64,000 nucleotides of DNA, from NCBI RefSeq assembly GCF_018977255.1, contig NW_024704743.1, positions 92,134,001 to 92,198,000 on the forward strand, read 5' to 3'. The position numbers and the translations under genes were made by a program. Shown piece after piece: positions 39,401 to 54,400 of this stretch. The DNA comes from Callorhinchus milii (Eukaryota). Under the pieces are notes generated by a model, which was given only the letters and a program-made list of their open reading frames with translations, did not search any database and was not told where the DNA came from. The number at the start of each line of letters is the position of its first letter. The stretch's first letter is position 1.

Positions 39401-42400
39401 AAAATCATGCTATCGCGAGGCACAATAGCCAGTTTCACTGAACGAGTGCAGCGAGCCAGTCCCTCCAGAAAAAATGTCCGACTTCCAGGGCATCATGGCT
39501 GAAAAAAGATTTTGAAGATATTCTAATTTTAGGATTACTATCGTTTGACTTACTAGGAACATGCAGATGAGGGAAATAAATGTGTGACAGGAGGTTGGAA
39601 TTCAGATTCCTGGGAATTGGACCAGTTCTGGGACAGGGTAGAATTATAGAATTTTACATCACCCTATACTTAATACCGTAAAATCTTTCAAAGAATACGG
39701 GCCAGGCAGGATTTATTGCTACCATTAGTTCAAAAGTAAATAAATCCTGTAGAATTTTCTACTGCGATCTGTATTCAGTTCCACAATGGAGTGCCTTTTA
39801 AAAACGGAAACCAGTTCAAACAGACAGGAATAGTACTTGTGAACTTTCACAATACTCCTTTCACTTCTGCTTCAGATATGCAAAGTTGACAAATTTTACC
39901 CAGGGCCCAGAAGCATACAGCTCCACCTTGCTTAAACTAGTAAAAGTGTACTGTATTTTTCTCAGTATAATTGTATTACTGTTCACCTAGAGATTATATA
40001 GGGAGAGTGGAGTGATAACAATTCATATCATATGCATACCATATACCATTTTCTTTTAGGTTCAGTTTGGTAATGTTTTTATTTGTATGAAACTGACATA
40101 CTTGTTGAGCAGTGAACAAAATATAGGTTGATCCCTTAAAAACGCACTTTACTATTGCGTGAGTTTGCTTATAAAGAGGATCTTCTATTGCACCCACTAA
40201 CACAGTTGCTGGCATTTCTGCAAGTTGTGGAGAAAAGGTGCTCATTTTGACTTCATGCTACATTTCAAACTGAAAACACCAGGTTCAAATGTGGTCCTCC
40301 TACATTTATCGATGTACAGTGTTGAATACTCAATCTTTTTACTTGGCACATTTGGAAAAATATAAAAAATAATAATAATCCTGGCATTTTATATAGCGCC
40401 TTTCACATTGGGATGACATCCTAAAGCGCTTCGCTGAATTTACTGTGAAGTGGCTGTGTATGTGTAGGCAAACGTGGCAGCTCAATTGCACAAAACTATA
40501 ATGCAGTGGACTATGGACCACTTTGGGGCTGTCACGAAGTTGACCGCCAAACACTAGCGCCAGTCCAGGCAAGTCCACCCCAAATCAATACCTTGTTTCC
40601 AGTAGCTAGTGAGCCCCGATATCCATGACGTGGCCATAAATGAAGGAAAAAAATTCAATAAAGAAAAATTTGGCTGACCAAAAAGGTTGACCACCACTGG
40701 CTTAGACAATGTGGGTTCATGTCTTGACATAGGGCTTAAATCCCCAACCCACAACCTTCTGATTCAAAGACAATAGCGCTACCACTAACCCAGACTGACA
40801 GAAATAATAAAAGGTTACCTTAAATAAAGATGTGCTAGTTTCTTCTGGATGCAAGTCAATAGATTCATCCAATACGTATACGTTTGATGCATATTGGAGT
40901 ACACTTCCTTGTAATGAAGGTTGTTTATCAGTGGCTCCTTCTTCATTAATCAGATGCCACATCAAATGTTTCAGAGCAATAGAGCGTATTCTATTAAACA
41001 AAAACAGACAAATTAACCAATGCCTTGCTATAGAAACACCAAGGTTGTGATTACTAAAATTAACTTTGAGGAAGCCAGGATGCTTGTGAAAGAGCAATTA
41101 TTCCATTATAGTGGAAGTTGCGAAAGCCAATGAAAGCCAATAAAAGCTGATGACAAAATTGTGTTTTATTTGTTACATGCATTTCTATTAAAATGGATAG
41201 ATCAAAATTGAATATTGTCCTTACTAGTAATTTGTGTATATTAAATAATAATCCTTGCTTTTGATGTAGCACCTTTTACTGAGGAGAGAATTGATTGTAT
41301 GTGGTAAAATTTGTTATTTAAACCTGCAAAAATTGTTGAGTAAAACCAGTAGTTAAAGAAAGCTTTTACACTTACGATTGTTTTTTGCACATAAGAAGTC
41401 GAAGAGCTGCACGAAGCCTAGCTTTCCTAGGGAGTACACCATCACCGGCATCATTGTATGTCTCACTTAGTGCAAGAATACAGCTTCCTAAGGGGCCTTC
41501 TGCATCTGCAAAACCCTAATCGAACCATATAAACATTCAAATATCTATAATACTATGAACATTGTTGGAATTATCTACAAAAAGTCAGATTTTACATTTA
41601 CATACATCTCAAAAGCAACATTTAAACAACAACTCATGTTTTAATCCATCCTAATGATTACAAGTGTTATGTTGGAGAAATACATGGAACATTTTCAAAA
41701 AGCATAGAAATGTTCTCATCTGCAGTTACAATATAAATGAAAAACGAAACAATCAGGAAAAATAAATCCTTGCCTGTCTCTTGTGACATTGACAATAGTT
41801 GGGCACAAGATTTTGGCTATTTTTGTTACAATTGTGGAATTTAAATGCCATTTCATGGGTTATTGGGTTAATTTAAATCCGTTTGGGCAAAACTTGGGAG
41901 GTGCAGACCAACACTGGAAGAACAGATTCTTCCCACTCCGTCCCTCTTAATCCTACAAGCCAAAGCCCCAAGAGCAAAGATGGTCCTATTTAGAAAAGCA
42001 GCAGGAGCCATCTTCTTGTCAGGCAGTACTCTAACCAGCTAAAAGCATGGCTTGCCATTTAAACCCCAGCAGTACCCCAATGCATTCAGGAGTTCCCAGG
42101 TCAGCGTTATCAACCTGCACCTTATACTCTCTTGAGTTAGGTATGCAGTGTGCATCCCTCCAGACATAGGGAAACTTCCATATTTAGGTGGTATGTACAT
42201 GTGGAAATCTCAGTCTGGAATTGATATCTGTAAGCATGATGGGTTTCCGTATGTGTCAGACAACTTGCTGACCCCAAAAAGCCTTCTGTCAATTTAAAAC
42301 TGCATTACCTAATGACATAGGCATGATACAAACAAACATCAGATCTTTATTTAGTTCTGTAAAAATAATTTGCCACGGTTCTTTTTGCATTAATGAGAAA

Positions 42401-45400
42401 ATTTCCAAATCGGATTTATGAGAATTAGTTTTACGCTGAACTGCCCAAATTCTCTTGCAGCCAGCAGTGTCTTGCATCACATCATTCAAGGCTGAATTAA
42501 ACCCAGATTTAAATGACAGTGTTGCAATTCAACGAACTTCCCAATCTCTTAAGCAATACTATATTTGAGGTTCTTAGCTTTTCACCAAATTAGTTAAATT
42601 TACCTGCAGAATTGGAATTACAGGATAGAAGGCTTCAATTAATTTGCTCCAGGTTAAAGTGTTCATTATCAAGCCCCCCTGCAGTAGGTAAACCAGAATG
42701 TTCTTTGCAGCACTGTTCACCTAAGCAATGGGGAAATAAGAGAACTTCATATCCCAAACACTGACAAGCTGGTCACAATTTTACTTTTCATTATTCCTCA
42801 TCATTAGTCACGTTTAATCCATACCCATCAAGTATTTTTGCAGTGAAAAAACAAATTACATTTGTATAGCACCATTCAAGTCAGGAGGACGTCCCAAGGC
42901 GCTGGATAGTAAAGGATTTGCACTCGAACTGGGGGCAGGAGGATGACCAAAGGTACAGTTGAAGAGGAGGATCTTGAGGATGGGTCTTGAAGGAGGGAGG
43001 GGGTGAGGTGAAAAGTCTGTGGGATGGAGTTCTAAAGGGTGGGGGCAGAAAGATTGAAGGCCCAACCACCAATGGTACAGTGGTAATTGTATACGGTAAA
43101 GCGGATTGATTGCGTATTTTGTGTGCAAAACCAGGTAGCCAATTACGCACAGCAGCGTCACAAATCGTTGAGGATTGGGTGACCACATTTTTCTTGAGGG
43201 ATTAAAAAGCGATCCTCCAAACAATTAACAACCGGGTGCCTACTTACTGCTAGGTATACAGAAGCATGTGGAGTAAGGAAACTTGCCGAAGGTATCTCCA
43301 CACCCAAGAATCAAACCAGGATCCTCTCGCTGCAAGGCTAGAATGCTAACTACTAAGTTACAGACTCCGCTCCATGACAAAGCAGGGCAGAGTCGGTGGA
43401 GCAGAGGGAACGAACAGATCAAGTTAGCATGTCAGAGGTAGCGAGGAGCAAGGCCTTGGAGGGCTTTAAAAGCGAGGACTAGGATTTTTAACTCTATCTT
43501 CTGGGGGTTGGTCAGCCAGTGGAGCTAGGCAAGGATGAGGGTGATAGGTTCATGGATTGGTGCAGGAGAGGACACAAGCTGCATAGTTCAAAATAATCTA
43601 CAGCGTGTGGAGGGAAGAGTGGATAAGACTGCCTGATGTGATGAATGCATGGACAAAGGTCTCGGTGGCCTGAATGGAGTGGCAGTTCCCAAGGTGCGTT
43701 CAATGCATTTACATAGAATTTAAATGAATGAGAAAATAAACAACCTTTACAAAACAATCATTGAAAATCTAACCTGTTCTAGAGAGTCCTGTAGGCCAAA
43801 TGTGCATATTTCATATAACACTCGGCCATGGAGAAGAAAATGAACACCTTGGCAAACTGATGGCATTGGCTTTGTGACATTGTAGATTCCCAAACACTCC
43901 TTGGCAAGAAAGAGAAACAATTAAGTTTGTGTTTCAAATAAGATCAATTTCCACATAGTGTAATTGCCAATATCTATCAGCTGACTGCTCAAGAATACAC
44001 ACATCAGAAGCCATAAGAAAAATACAGTAACCTTATGCCAAAAATCTAATAGCTGACAGAACTGAATAAAACCAATACAATACAGCTTGCTAGTTTATCA
44101 CAGCCCAAAGATCTCACCTTTACAATGTTCAAGGAACAGAGATAAGCCTCAGATTTAACAGCTGGCAAGGGATGAGATAATAATTTCAGCAATACTTTTT
44201 GACTTTCTCCTTGTAGTAATGGACTGGCCTGTGCAGATTTCCAACTGTGAAAAATAAAAAACAATACACTTAGTTTCAGAGATATACATATATATGTAAT
44301 AAAAAAATCAAAGATGGTATCGGCATTTAAAAGTTGCGAGACTCCACTTTCAGATAGGCAATGGCTGCAAAAGCACTTTGAAATGTCCTCATGATGTGAA
44401 AGTTGCTATATAAATGTATATTGCCATCTTGTGGCTGTTTTGTTTTCCATGATTCATAACCGATGCAGGCAAATACTGTAAACAATTTCACTAACTATTG
44501 CCAGCATTACTATTGCCAACAAGGTTATCAAGCATTGTAATTTCAGACCCAGTCTTTTATAAGGAGAATGCAACATGTGACAGAGAGAGCTATTAAGATT
44601 TTTAGCATTGCTTTTTGTAGTGCTCCAGAAAAAAAGTTTTAACACATTTAGCTTTGTCAAAGTTCTTACGTACGAACTGTTGATATAAAAGTTAAAAAAC
44701 GAGTCATTCGTATTAGAATTTCTATTTTGTAGGCTGTAATATTACAAATGTTAGAAATCCTTCTTTACATTTCTGAGCAGATTTCAATATATTTCTGAAT
44801 CAGCTGGAGGTGTTGATGATAGGGAAGACTCGTCACTGCCTGGTCTGCTAACTCAATCAGTTCAAGAAGATTCTTTTCATCCTACAAGAGAAAAATGCAG
44901 GCAGCATGACATCCAAATTTAAATTATAAACTTTAAGTTAAATATATAAACTGAGCTCACTTTTACAAAGCAGAGAATTACCAGCTTCCTTCAGGATCCT
45001 TGCACATAAACTCCTTATTCGATCTATTAGCTATCTTATATTTATGCTTTCTTGTTTTGGACTCACCAATAAATGGAAAGTCTCTTGATGTCCACCTTAT
45101 CAAATCTTTTCATAATTTAAACATCTCTATCAGGTCCTCTTTCAATTATCTCATCTCCAGAGTAAAAAGCTCCAAATTGTCCAATCTTCCTTGATTCATC
45201 CCTGGTAATATCGTTGTAAATCTAACCTGCAAGAGCTCCAATTAATTAAAAACTCTGAGCCCCGCTGTGCTTTCAGCCGCTATGCTCCAGAACTCTGTCT
45301 CAACCCCTCTGCCATCCATTTCTGAATAATAATAATTAAGATCATCTATATTATAACCCAATTACTAATTTATGCTTTGTAAATAGTTTACAAATTTCAT

Positions 45401-48400
45401 CCACAATATATTGCCTTTAACTATCAGATATACCCAAACAGATTCTATTTGGGATACTTTTTTCCTGAATTCCTTACCCTCTGTTGCTATTTAATTTGTG
45501 TTCCTTATCCTATTTTCCCTCCCTAACCCAGGAACACTGAGATTAATTATAGTAGTCCCAGTGTTGTCCCTCCTGAGATCAGCTAACTCAGCAAATGTCC
45601 TCATATGTATGACTCACCAACCAGTGGTTTTACAACCATCTAGAAACTCAGAATGCCATTTACTTTTCCATTTCAAACTTATCATAAAATCTGGCAGAGC
45701 AAATCTGGTACGAATCCAAAAAATGAATAGTACAAAGTTAAGGTTCTGTGCTTGGCCTGAACACTTTGAAAATAAAAATATTCCAATTAATTATAATAAA
45801 GTGGTCTAATACCACAACAAATCAGTGAAGTAACATTGCAAACAAGAGTGAGGGCATACAGATTTTCAATCAACAGTTCTCTGTATGGGGAGTTCACAAA
45901 CTTAAAAGCAATGAGGCATTTCACTTTGAGGAACATCAATGCAAGAGAACTGATGGTAGATTATTTTTTTTATCTGTGAATGTTTTGATGTTCATAAAAA
46001 GAATGATGTAATTAGTTCATTGAAAGTAACAAGGGTACCAAAACAATGCTACGGTGAGTCTCTGCAAACCAAACCATAATACTTTCTTTGGAACAGAACC
46101 ATAAACATATTGAACACCCGTTCGATTTGCAACCTCTCTCCTTCAACAACTCAAGTTAACAATAAAACAGTTTTAGATCTTAAAATTAATAGCAAATACC
46201 TTGTCTTCAATCTCCTTGAGAAAACGACATGCAAACTCCATTGAGTGGACAATCTCTGTGGCCCTCTTGTAAATAGTGTAACTCTCAGAGCTGACCTGCT
46301 CTAAGTAGGCAGTGATGGTCTCGTGAACGTTGGGATAAGCTAAACGAAACGATATGTCCAGAGACAAAAGATACAGAACAACTTCTATGCTCTCTGGCAG
46401 AACTTCATTGGCCTACAAGAGAATTCAAAATCAACAATGAAAAATTGTAATCTGTTCTAGCAAAACATTTTATTTTTAGCAATGTACAAAGTTTACTGTG
46501 TTTGTCTCCGAAGTAGTTATTCGGTGAACCACAAAATATAGCTCTTAGCTCTCTTCTAGATGACTATCACACAACGTAAAGCTGCATAAACCACATTTGA
46601 TGTGAAGAAATCAATAGTATTCAAAGTTTGCAATTGCAGTAGATATTATTTTATTCCATTTAATATCCCACATGTGAATGCAAAACATTTGCTGAATTGA
46701 AAGAGTGAGTGTCTCTATCAGGACCTCTAGCATTTTAGGGCAGGTAAAATGGGACTGAATGGATTGCACATTGAAAGAACTAGTAGTCTTCTCCATTGTA
46801 AGTTTCTAATATTTTGTGTTTAATGGGAATACAGCAGACACATGATAGTTTCATCATTGAGAAAGTATCAAGAGACAAAGATGTGAGAGGTCTCAAGTAA
46901 AACAGTGAGATTACTAAAGCAGGTACAATTGTTCAATCTGTGCAAGTGGATGTTTCTGCGAGTATCAGAATTCTATCAATGCTCACAGTGGAACTCTGTA
47001 ATAGCTGTCTTTTGGCACTCGGTCGAAATAACTGATTGGGCTGGAGGGTTTTTGATTGACAGGAGTTTTTCAGGTTTTTCTCCAAATTTCCAGGACAGTA
47101 AATTTTGTAATGGGTCTAAATCTTTACACAAGTGTGTCACTTGGAAGTGTTGACCCAAGTTTTATTGACTGAAGATGGAAAAATCTAAAAAGTAGGCATC
47201 ACCGAAATTACACGAAGATTAACCATATCCAATTCCATCGCTTGGGACCATAGTGTATAATTACATAAGTAAATGCAGATTTCATCATAACTACACTTTT
47301 TAATTTGTAAAATAACTCATTTACTGCACATAGCCTTCATCATTCTATATGATGTATGTACTTTTAGATGCCTTGATGTGAAAGGCACCATATAAATTGT
47401 ATTCAATATGATTTATCCAATATTCTCACCTTTTCCACTGGGACAAGTACTTGCAGCAGCTGCATAGTGAACAGTGCAATACTGATAAAAGTCATGCGGT
47501 GGTGCAGCAGCATAGCCTCTGGCAGGTCTACGTTGATGCTAGAACTGTGATAGGCAAGACTTTCCCCTAAAGCATCCAAACCAGCTATCAGGCTTTCCCT
47601 CTGTAAAACACAGAGATCCAACAATATTGTCACTTTAAATTAGTTGCCACAAACACAGTCACTCCACTTCACAGTATATCCTTTGAAGTGCCTTGAGACA
47701 GTCTTCCCTTTGTGAAAGTTGCTGTTCCAAATGTGAGGATTTTTATTAACCTTGCTTTTTCAGGCCAACTAAATAATTTGTGCTCAGGAGTAAATCCCCA
47801 GTAAGTATGAATACACAAACATAAGGTGGCTGAGAACTTTAATGAAAGGTTGACATACTCCTTACTTACAGGAGAACCCTTTGGTTTGGATACCTAAACT
47901 CAGACACATAGCACAAAGTCAAAATAGCCACTATTGCAATCATTTACTGCACACCGTGGACAGGAGGTGGCACTGACAACATTGTCTACATGCTGCTTGG
48001 AAGCAAGTTAAACTCAAGATTGAAATGTTTACAAGCAGATATTAAAAAATTAGGTGAAATATGACAGATGCAGTTCAATGTAGCCAAATGTAAAAAAAAT
48101 CTTGTTTAGTCAGAGTGGTGTTGGACACATCCAATTACCATGCTTAAGAGATTCCGAACTAGACAAAGTACCACATATGTATGCCACTTAAATATAGAAA
48201 ATTCCCTTGCCTGAAATAGATTGCGCGCTCTCTCTACGTTAACCAAATTATGGAGAGCATTGGAGGCACAACTTAGCAAAAAACAACCCACTATCCCACT
48301 ATTCTGCTCCACCTCCCCTCGGCAAACTCCAGCCTGCTGTGCAACCCCCACACCACCAGTATTTCCCAAGCCTAAAGATAGTACACTCCTAACTTCTAGA

Positions 48401-51400
48401 ACTCCCTCTACGCTTCCATCTCACTCACTCTCAAGCAGTCTTTAAATCTTACCTTAAAACCTACCTCTTCGGCCACACTTACAGTGATCTCCACCCCCCC
48501 TTTGCTCAGCATCCAATTCCATCATTGTGTGTCGTTCAAATACACTAGCACACATAAAGGGGGACATATGAATTTAAATTGTTGCCACATCACAAAATGA
48601 ATCTGAAATGCTCTTAATCATACCAGTTCTCGACCTGTAAGACTATCATCAACCCAGACGTCTTCAGAGATTGAATAATTTATGAGTAGTACCACTTCGG
48701 CCAACAATTCCAGTACACACAACACAATCTTCCTACTACCTGCAAAGAGAATCAGTGACTTAAAATGGACACTTTAAAGGCTAATGAGTATCATTAGCAC
48801 TAAACCAAAACACAACATAATCGGATATTTGTATTCTCAGGACAGGATGAAATCTGAACCACTTTGATGACATTACAGCCATAATCACTTCCAATTTTCA
48901 ACTGTGCATGCAAGAAATTATCACTCAGCATTATTTTTCTCATGAATTTTTGTGCTCAATTTGGCAGGTATCAGGTTTTTTTTTTAAACAGGAAACCCTC
49001 TGCTGCACACGGATGTCAGTGTTAATCAGATAGTGTACCCAAAGGAGAAACGATCGACACTGGTCAATCAACTTGCACAGCTTTCAATTCATCAATCTGG
49101 ATTACGTTTGAACAATTAATTACTGTTAATTACCTAACGTAAGCATTTATTTAATCATTACAATATTTTCTTCCAATCACCTGATACCATTAAACTGCTG
49201 GCCCTTACACAATGATTTATGGTTTAAGTCATATGACCTACATAAGATCAATGCATTGAAGAACATTGTTTAGGATGATGGATACCTGTTCTAAGCATGG
49301 AAATTACATGTTCCAGGACCAAACAACAAAACTGTGGCAGACTGAGCTGCTGGAATTGTAGCTCCACAGAATCCTCATTTTCCATCTTGGGCATCTCTAC
49401 ATGAGCCAAGTCAAGCACAGAATGGCTGGAAGTTGGACTTCTGGAATGAATATGTCCCTGCGAACTGCTTCCACTAGAAAAGAGAAACAATTAAGAACTT
49501 TAACAGACATTCAAATACATAAATTCTCATCCTTTCTTCTGAAGATGGAGAAAATTCAAATAATAAATCATAATCTTTGCATTTGAAACATTGCTTTTGA
49601 TGTTGAAAATGTCTCCATCGAGGTAGGTACGAACAGGCATCTGGCTTCGGCATGATGAAAGGACCCTTATAAGATAACATGCAACATGCCAACCACTTTG
49701 ATGCTCTAAAGTTCCAAATGCAACGTTAAGCTTACTCATCACCAACAGCTTAATCTTTCCCTTCTATTGGATGCCTATGAGCTCTGAACTACAAAAGAGA
49801 ACTGTCGGAATACAAAACTTATACGCCGCAAGCTGTTGGGGCTTTAGTCAATTTCATCTTGTTTCAATGATAACAGAGCACTCTTCACCCTTTCCCAGCA
49901 ATCACAAAGGACAGCATCCAAACAAATGTTAGCATCTACCACAACCCCCAGATAAACAGGAATCAACAATTCTGATAATAATCCTTGTATTTGATATAGC
50001 GCTTTTCATGTTTTCTAGACGTCTCAAAGCACTTCACAGAATATACTGTAAAATGAATTGACTGTATTTGTGTGGGCAAAATGCAGCAACCAATTGCGCA
50101 CAGCAGTGTCCCACAAACAGATGTGGATTGAGTGAACAAATTATTATTTTTTTGAAGGATTATTATCCCCGGAAAAGCGATCCGCCAATCGGCTAACAAC
50201 CGGGTTCCTACTTACTGCTAGGTAAACAGAGGTGTGTGTAGTAAGGAAATTTGCCCAACGTTTCTCCCTGCCGGAAATGAAACCCAAGTCTCTCACTTGC
50301 AAGGCAAGTGCTCTAACCACTGAGCTACAGGACACTGATGCATACATCTTCCAATCAATACTTTTATTGAGCAATGGAGCACCCAACACCAACTCCTACT
50401 GAATGGTCCAGTATTCAAGATGGTGAGCACAGCACTTGCAATCCTTGTATTTTATCAAACATTAAAGTGCAATGTTCGGCTGGCAACTAAAATGTAAAGA
50501 AATTCAAGTAGTAATAAAAGCACTTAATAAAGTATTCATGAATATTATGCTTGAGATGGTGACCATACTTGCCCCAGTACACCCCAGATTTGTATTCTAT
50601 AAAACTAAGCCACAAATTCTACTTTTATTCTCATAGGAACAAGCAAGCTCAAGGGACACGCAGCAATATCCAAATTCTTAAAATAATTAAAGGATTTGAT
50701 GAGGTAGAAGATGTGAGATACCTCATGCAAAACCAGTATAAAGCAGGAAATTAAATCTTACACTTTTGGAATGAAGGGACTACAGAATAGAATGCCGCCT
50801 TGTGGAAAAGATGATAGTTCAACAGAAGTGCAATATTCAAAAAATTACAACAGCCTGGATTAGTTGGTAGCACTCTTCTGATCCAAATGTTATTGGCTCA
50901 AATCCATGGTTTTGCTGAGTTTGCACCCTAGTGCAGTACTGATGGAGCGCTGAATTGTCAGAGGTGATGTTATCCAGATGAGGAGTTATATATTCCTTAA
51001 TTGTTATACATTACAGATTAGAATAAAACCATTAAGAGTAGTTGAATTAAAACGCTGTATTGTCCCCTCAATTAAACCATCCAACAAAAACAAATGTATA
51101 AAGACTAAGGTTTGCATTGACAGAATCAATGATTTTTCATTATTCAAGTTACATAATAATCCCTCCGAAAACAAAATAATAAATTGGTCATGTTCAATCC
51201 ATGACTGTTTGTGGGACACTGCTGTGCACAATTGGCTGCCGTGTTTCGCCCACAAATATATGGTCAATTCACTTTACAGTCTATTCTGTGAAGCGCTATG
51301 AGACGTCGAGAAGATGTGAAAAGCGCTATATCAAATGCAAGGATTATTATTATTATTATAAGATATCTACCTAAATAGAAGAAATTGTTATGATATGAAT

Positions 51401-54400
51401 CCCAAGCAAAATTGCCATTTACCTTGAGGATGCTGCGTCTCCATCTTGACCATCTCCTCTGGGGCGCTGAACTGTTCGCCCAATCACAGATGGTCTAGGA
51501 CTGGTACTTCTGGGAGATGGATTTTGGGAAATGCGTGTTCCCTGTGTTTCCTGAGCATGGGTCACTGAAGAGTTCTGAGAAACTAAATCTTGTGAGAAAG
51601 AAAATAAACAAGCAAAAAACTGATAATAAAAAAAAGGATTTAAAGGTAAAAAATAAAGGGATAAAAAAAATATAAAGAGCTTCAATATTCAGGTCACAGA
51701 TAGTCAGTCCTCTATCATAACTTTAGGTTTAAATACTGTATTCAGATTGAAAGATACAAGTAAACTTACCATTTTTTGCTGAGAAGAAGCTGGGGTCCCT
51801 GTGAAAATTCAACCTATTTCTCAGGTAATTGCACAGTTGGTAGAGGCAACCTACAGCCTGAAGTGCTAAGTGTTGTGTGCCATCTCTCCCAAATGCTAAT
51901 TTTGTCAATAGGAGAAGGTTCTAAAAGAGAAAGAGTTCCTTATAATTTTGACTGAATAAAAAAATCTGCACTTTGCACTCATGTTATATTACAATTTGTA
52001 TATCAAATATTTACTGTATGCCTGTCAAAGCATAAATTAATGTCAAAAAGCATTGGTTAGCTGGACATTGTAATAACAGGAAGTCTGTGCATCAATATTT
52101 CTACTTAAATTCACAAATTGTATATTTAGTGAATTGATGGTTAATTCTATTGATAAATCTAATTTTTTGTTTAGGTTGACTCCTGTATGAAATTGCTCTG
52201 TCTTGAAAAAGGCTGCTTAAAATGCATACAAAAACTCTTTGTAGCTGTGAGAATGTGATTGGCACAGGTTAATGTAATAATAATAATCCTTGCATTTGAT
52301 ATAGAAAGAAATAACTTCTCAATCCAGATGACATTGTTTCTTCATGGGGAAGAATCCATAGGTGAGTCTTGTTAATCACAACTGACAGGTTACATCAGTA
52401 TTCAAGTCAGTTTAAATCTGTCCGTGAGGCAATAATTATAACAATTCAATACAAAATGCACAGCAAAGAAGCTTTGAATCCCTTAGAGGTGACAGCCAGC
52501 AGTAGAAAAAGTTTTGTTTGCTCCAATCTAACAGCTAAACCTGACAACACTTCAGAATTCAATGCTTGTAATATGGGAACCAAGCAGTTTAAGCACAACA
52601 CAAAAGGCAAGAAAATTCTTACCTGGACAATTTTTGGGCGCTGAAGGAAAATCTCAGCTGGAAAATCCTGCATGATGACATCCTGCAGAAGTTCACATGT
52701 ACTACGGACTAAGGTCTGATTACTGCTTCTCAACGAGCTATTTGGGGGGAAAACAAATGAAATAGGGATATCAAGCCTTTTCCCCATTGAACTGTGCTGT
52801 TCCTACTTAAAATTTCTACACAACTCTAGCTCCGTCACTTGCATTTTTAAATGTGATATTTGCAAATAAACAGATTAAACTATTGAATCTAGACATAGAT
52901 GAACATCTGTCTATCCACAGGATATCCTCACGATAAAAAAGGCAAAATATTCAAGCAGGCTCAGTGTGAATTCAGGTATATACAACAGTTTTATAGATGA
53001 AAACAGACATCTGCAATAAAAATTATACTTAGACAGCATGGGACGTGGAATAGAAAACTGTTACACTGTTGGCATAGCTACCTTTAAAACTGTTTTTATT
53101 TTGTCATCCAATTGTGCATCCAACTCGACATTGAGACCCGTTATTTCCTATTGATTCTTATCCCAATACAGCGATCATTGAAGCATCGCAGCCCCTGATA
53201 TTACGATCTGCAATCAAGCCAAAATGGCGGGTTGTTCGGCAGTCAATCACTTGAGTGCTTGCCAGCTAATCATGGGGCCACTTGGCAGCTAAACAGCAAA
53301 CAAAGCACTGGAGAGTGATAGTGCAGGGGTGCCCTCACCTCACAAACCCGCGGCTCTTCCCCTTCGGCAAATGACTGTTCACCGACTGTAACGTTCGGAC
53401 ATTTCAGTATTGAAATATTTATAGCTAACACTGGAATAGAACACTCTTTCCTCCTCCTCCCCCAAAATCGCAGTCAAAGCTTCGAAGAGTGCAGCCTTTC
53501 ACATTGCCATTAATCTAACCTGATGAATGCTTACGTTTCATTTGATGAAAGAATGTGCCTGTCCGTCACAGTCAGCGTCAACCAAGGAAAGGTGGAAAAC
53601 TTCAAACATTTGACTGCATTATTAACTAGATGGACAAATAAATTCATCAGTACAAAATAAAACAACAAAACAATTACAGTGGTTGATGTAATGTTAGCTG
53701 TGCATTATTGAACATACAATGTCTTAATCATAAGAATAGGATTATTTTTGGTCAGCTGAGCAGAAACCCATAACTTTGCTTAAGAATATCAAAAGATTTC
53801 CACATATGCATTCCACTCACACTTGGAAATTTCCCTGAATCTGGAATGGAATGCAAACTCTCCCCCTGGAGGAACACACTCTGCTTATCTAATTCCAGGG
53901 AGTATTATGCGCAGGTAAGCAAGAACCAAGGTTTGCGGTCGCCAGAATATGCTTTGAGTAACTGCTGGAGTTTAAAAACCCACATTGAAAGCACTCTCTG
54001 GCAAGGTTCTCTGTCTCTCTCTCATGTCCATGGACTCGGGTACAAGACAACATAAATATTATAAGGGAGCATTCAGTTCAAATGGCTGCCAAGATATCAT
54101 TTTATTTTCGGGTTTCTCTCTAGAGCAAAGAATTTTTTGAAATTAATCTAAATCCTTACAAAATAGGTTGCAGTTGTGCAATTTCTGTGCTGTGGCCCAA
54201 CCATTACCAGTAATCTGAACAACAACAAAAGATTTATAGAGCGCCTTTCACATCGGGAGAACGTCCCAAAGCGCTGAACAGTCAGGGATTGTGACCCGAG
54301 CATGGGGGAGGGGTGGGTAGGGATGAGGGAAGGCAGAGCGGTGGGAGGGCGACCAAAGGCACGATCGAAGAAAAGGGTCTTGAGACCGGCCTTGAAGGAG

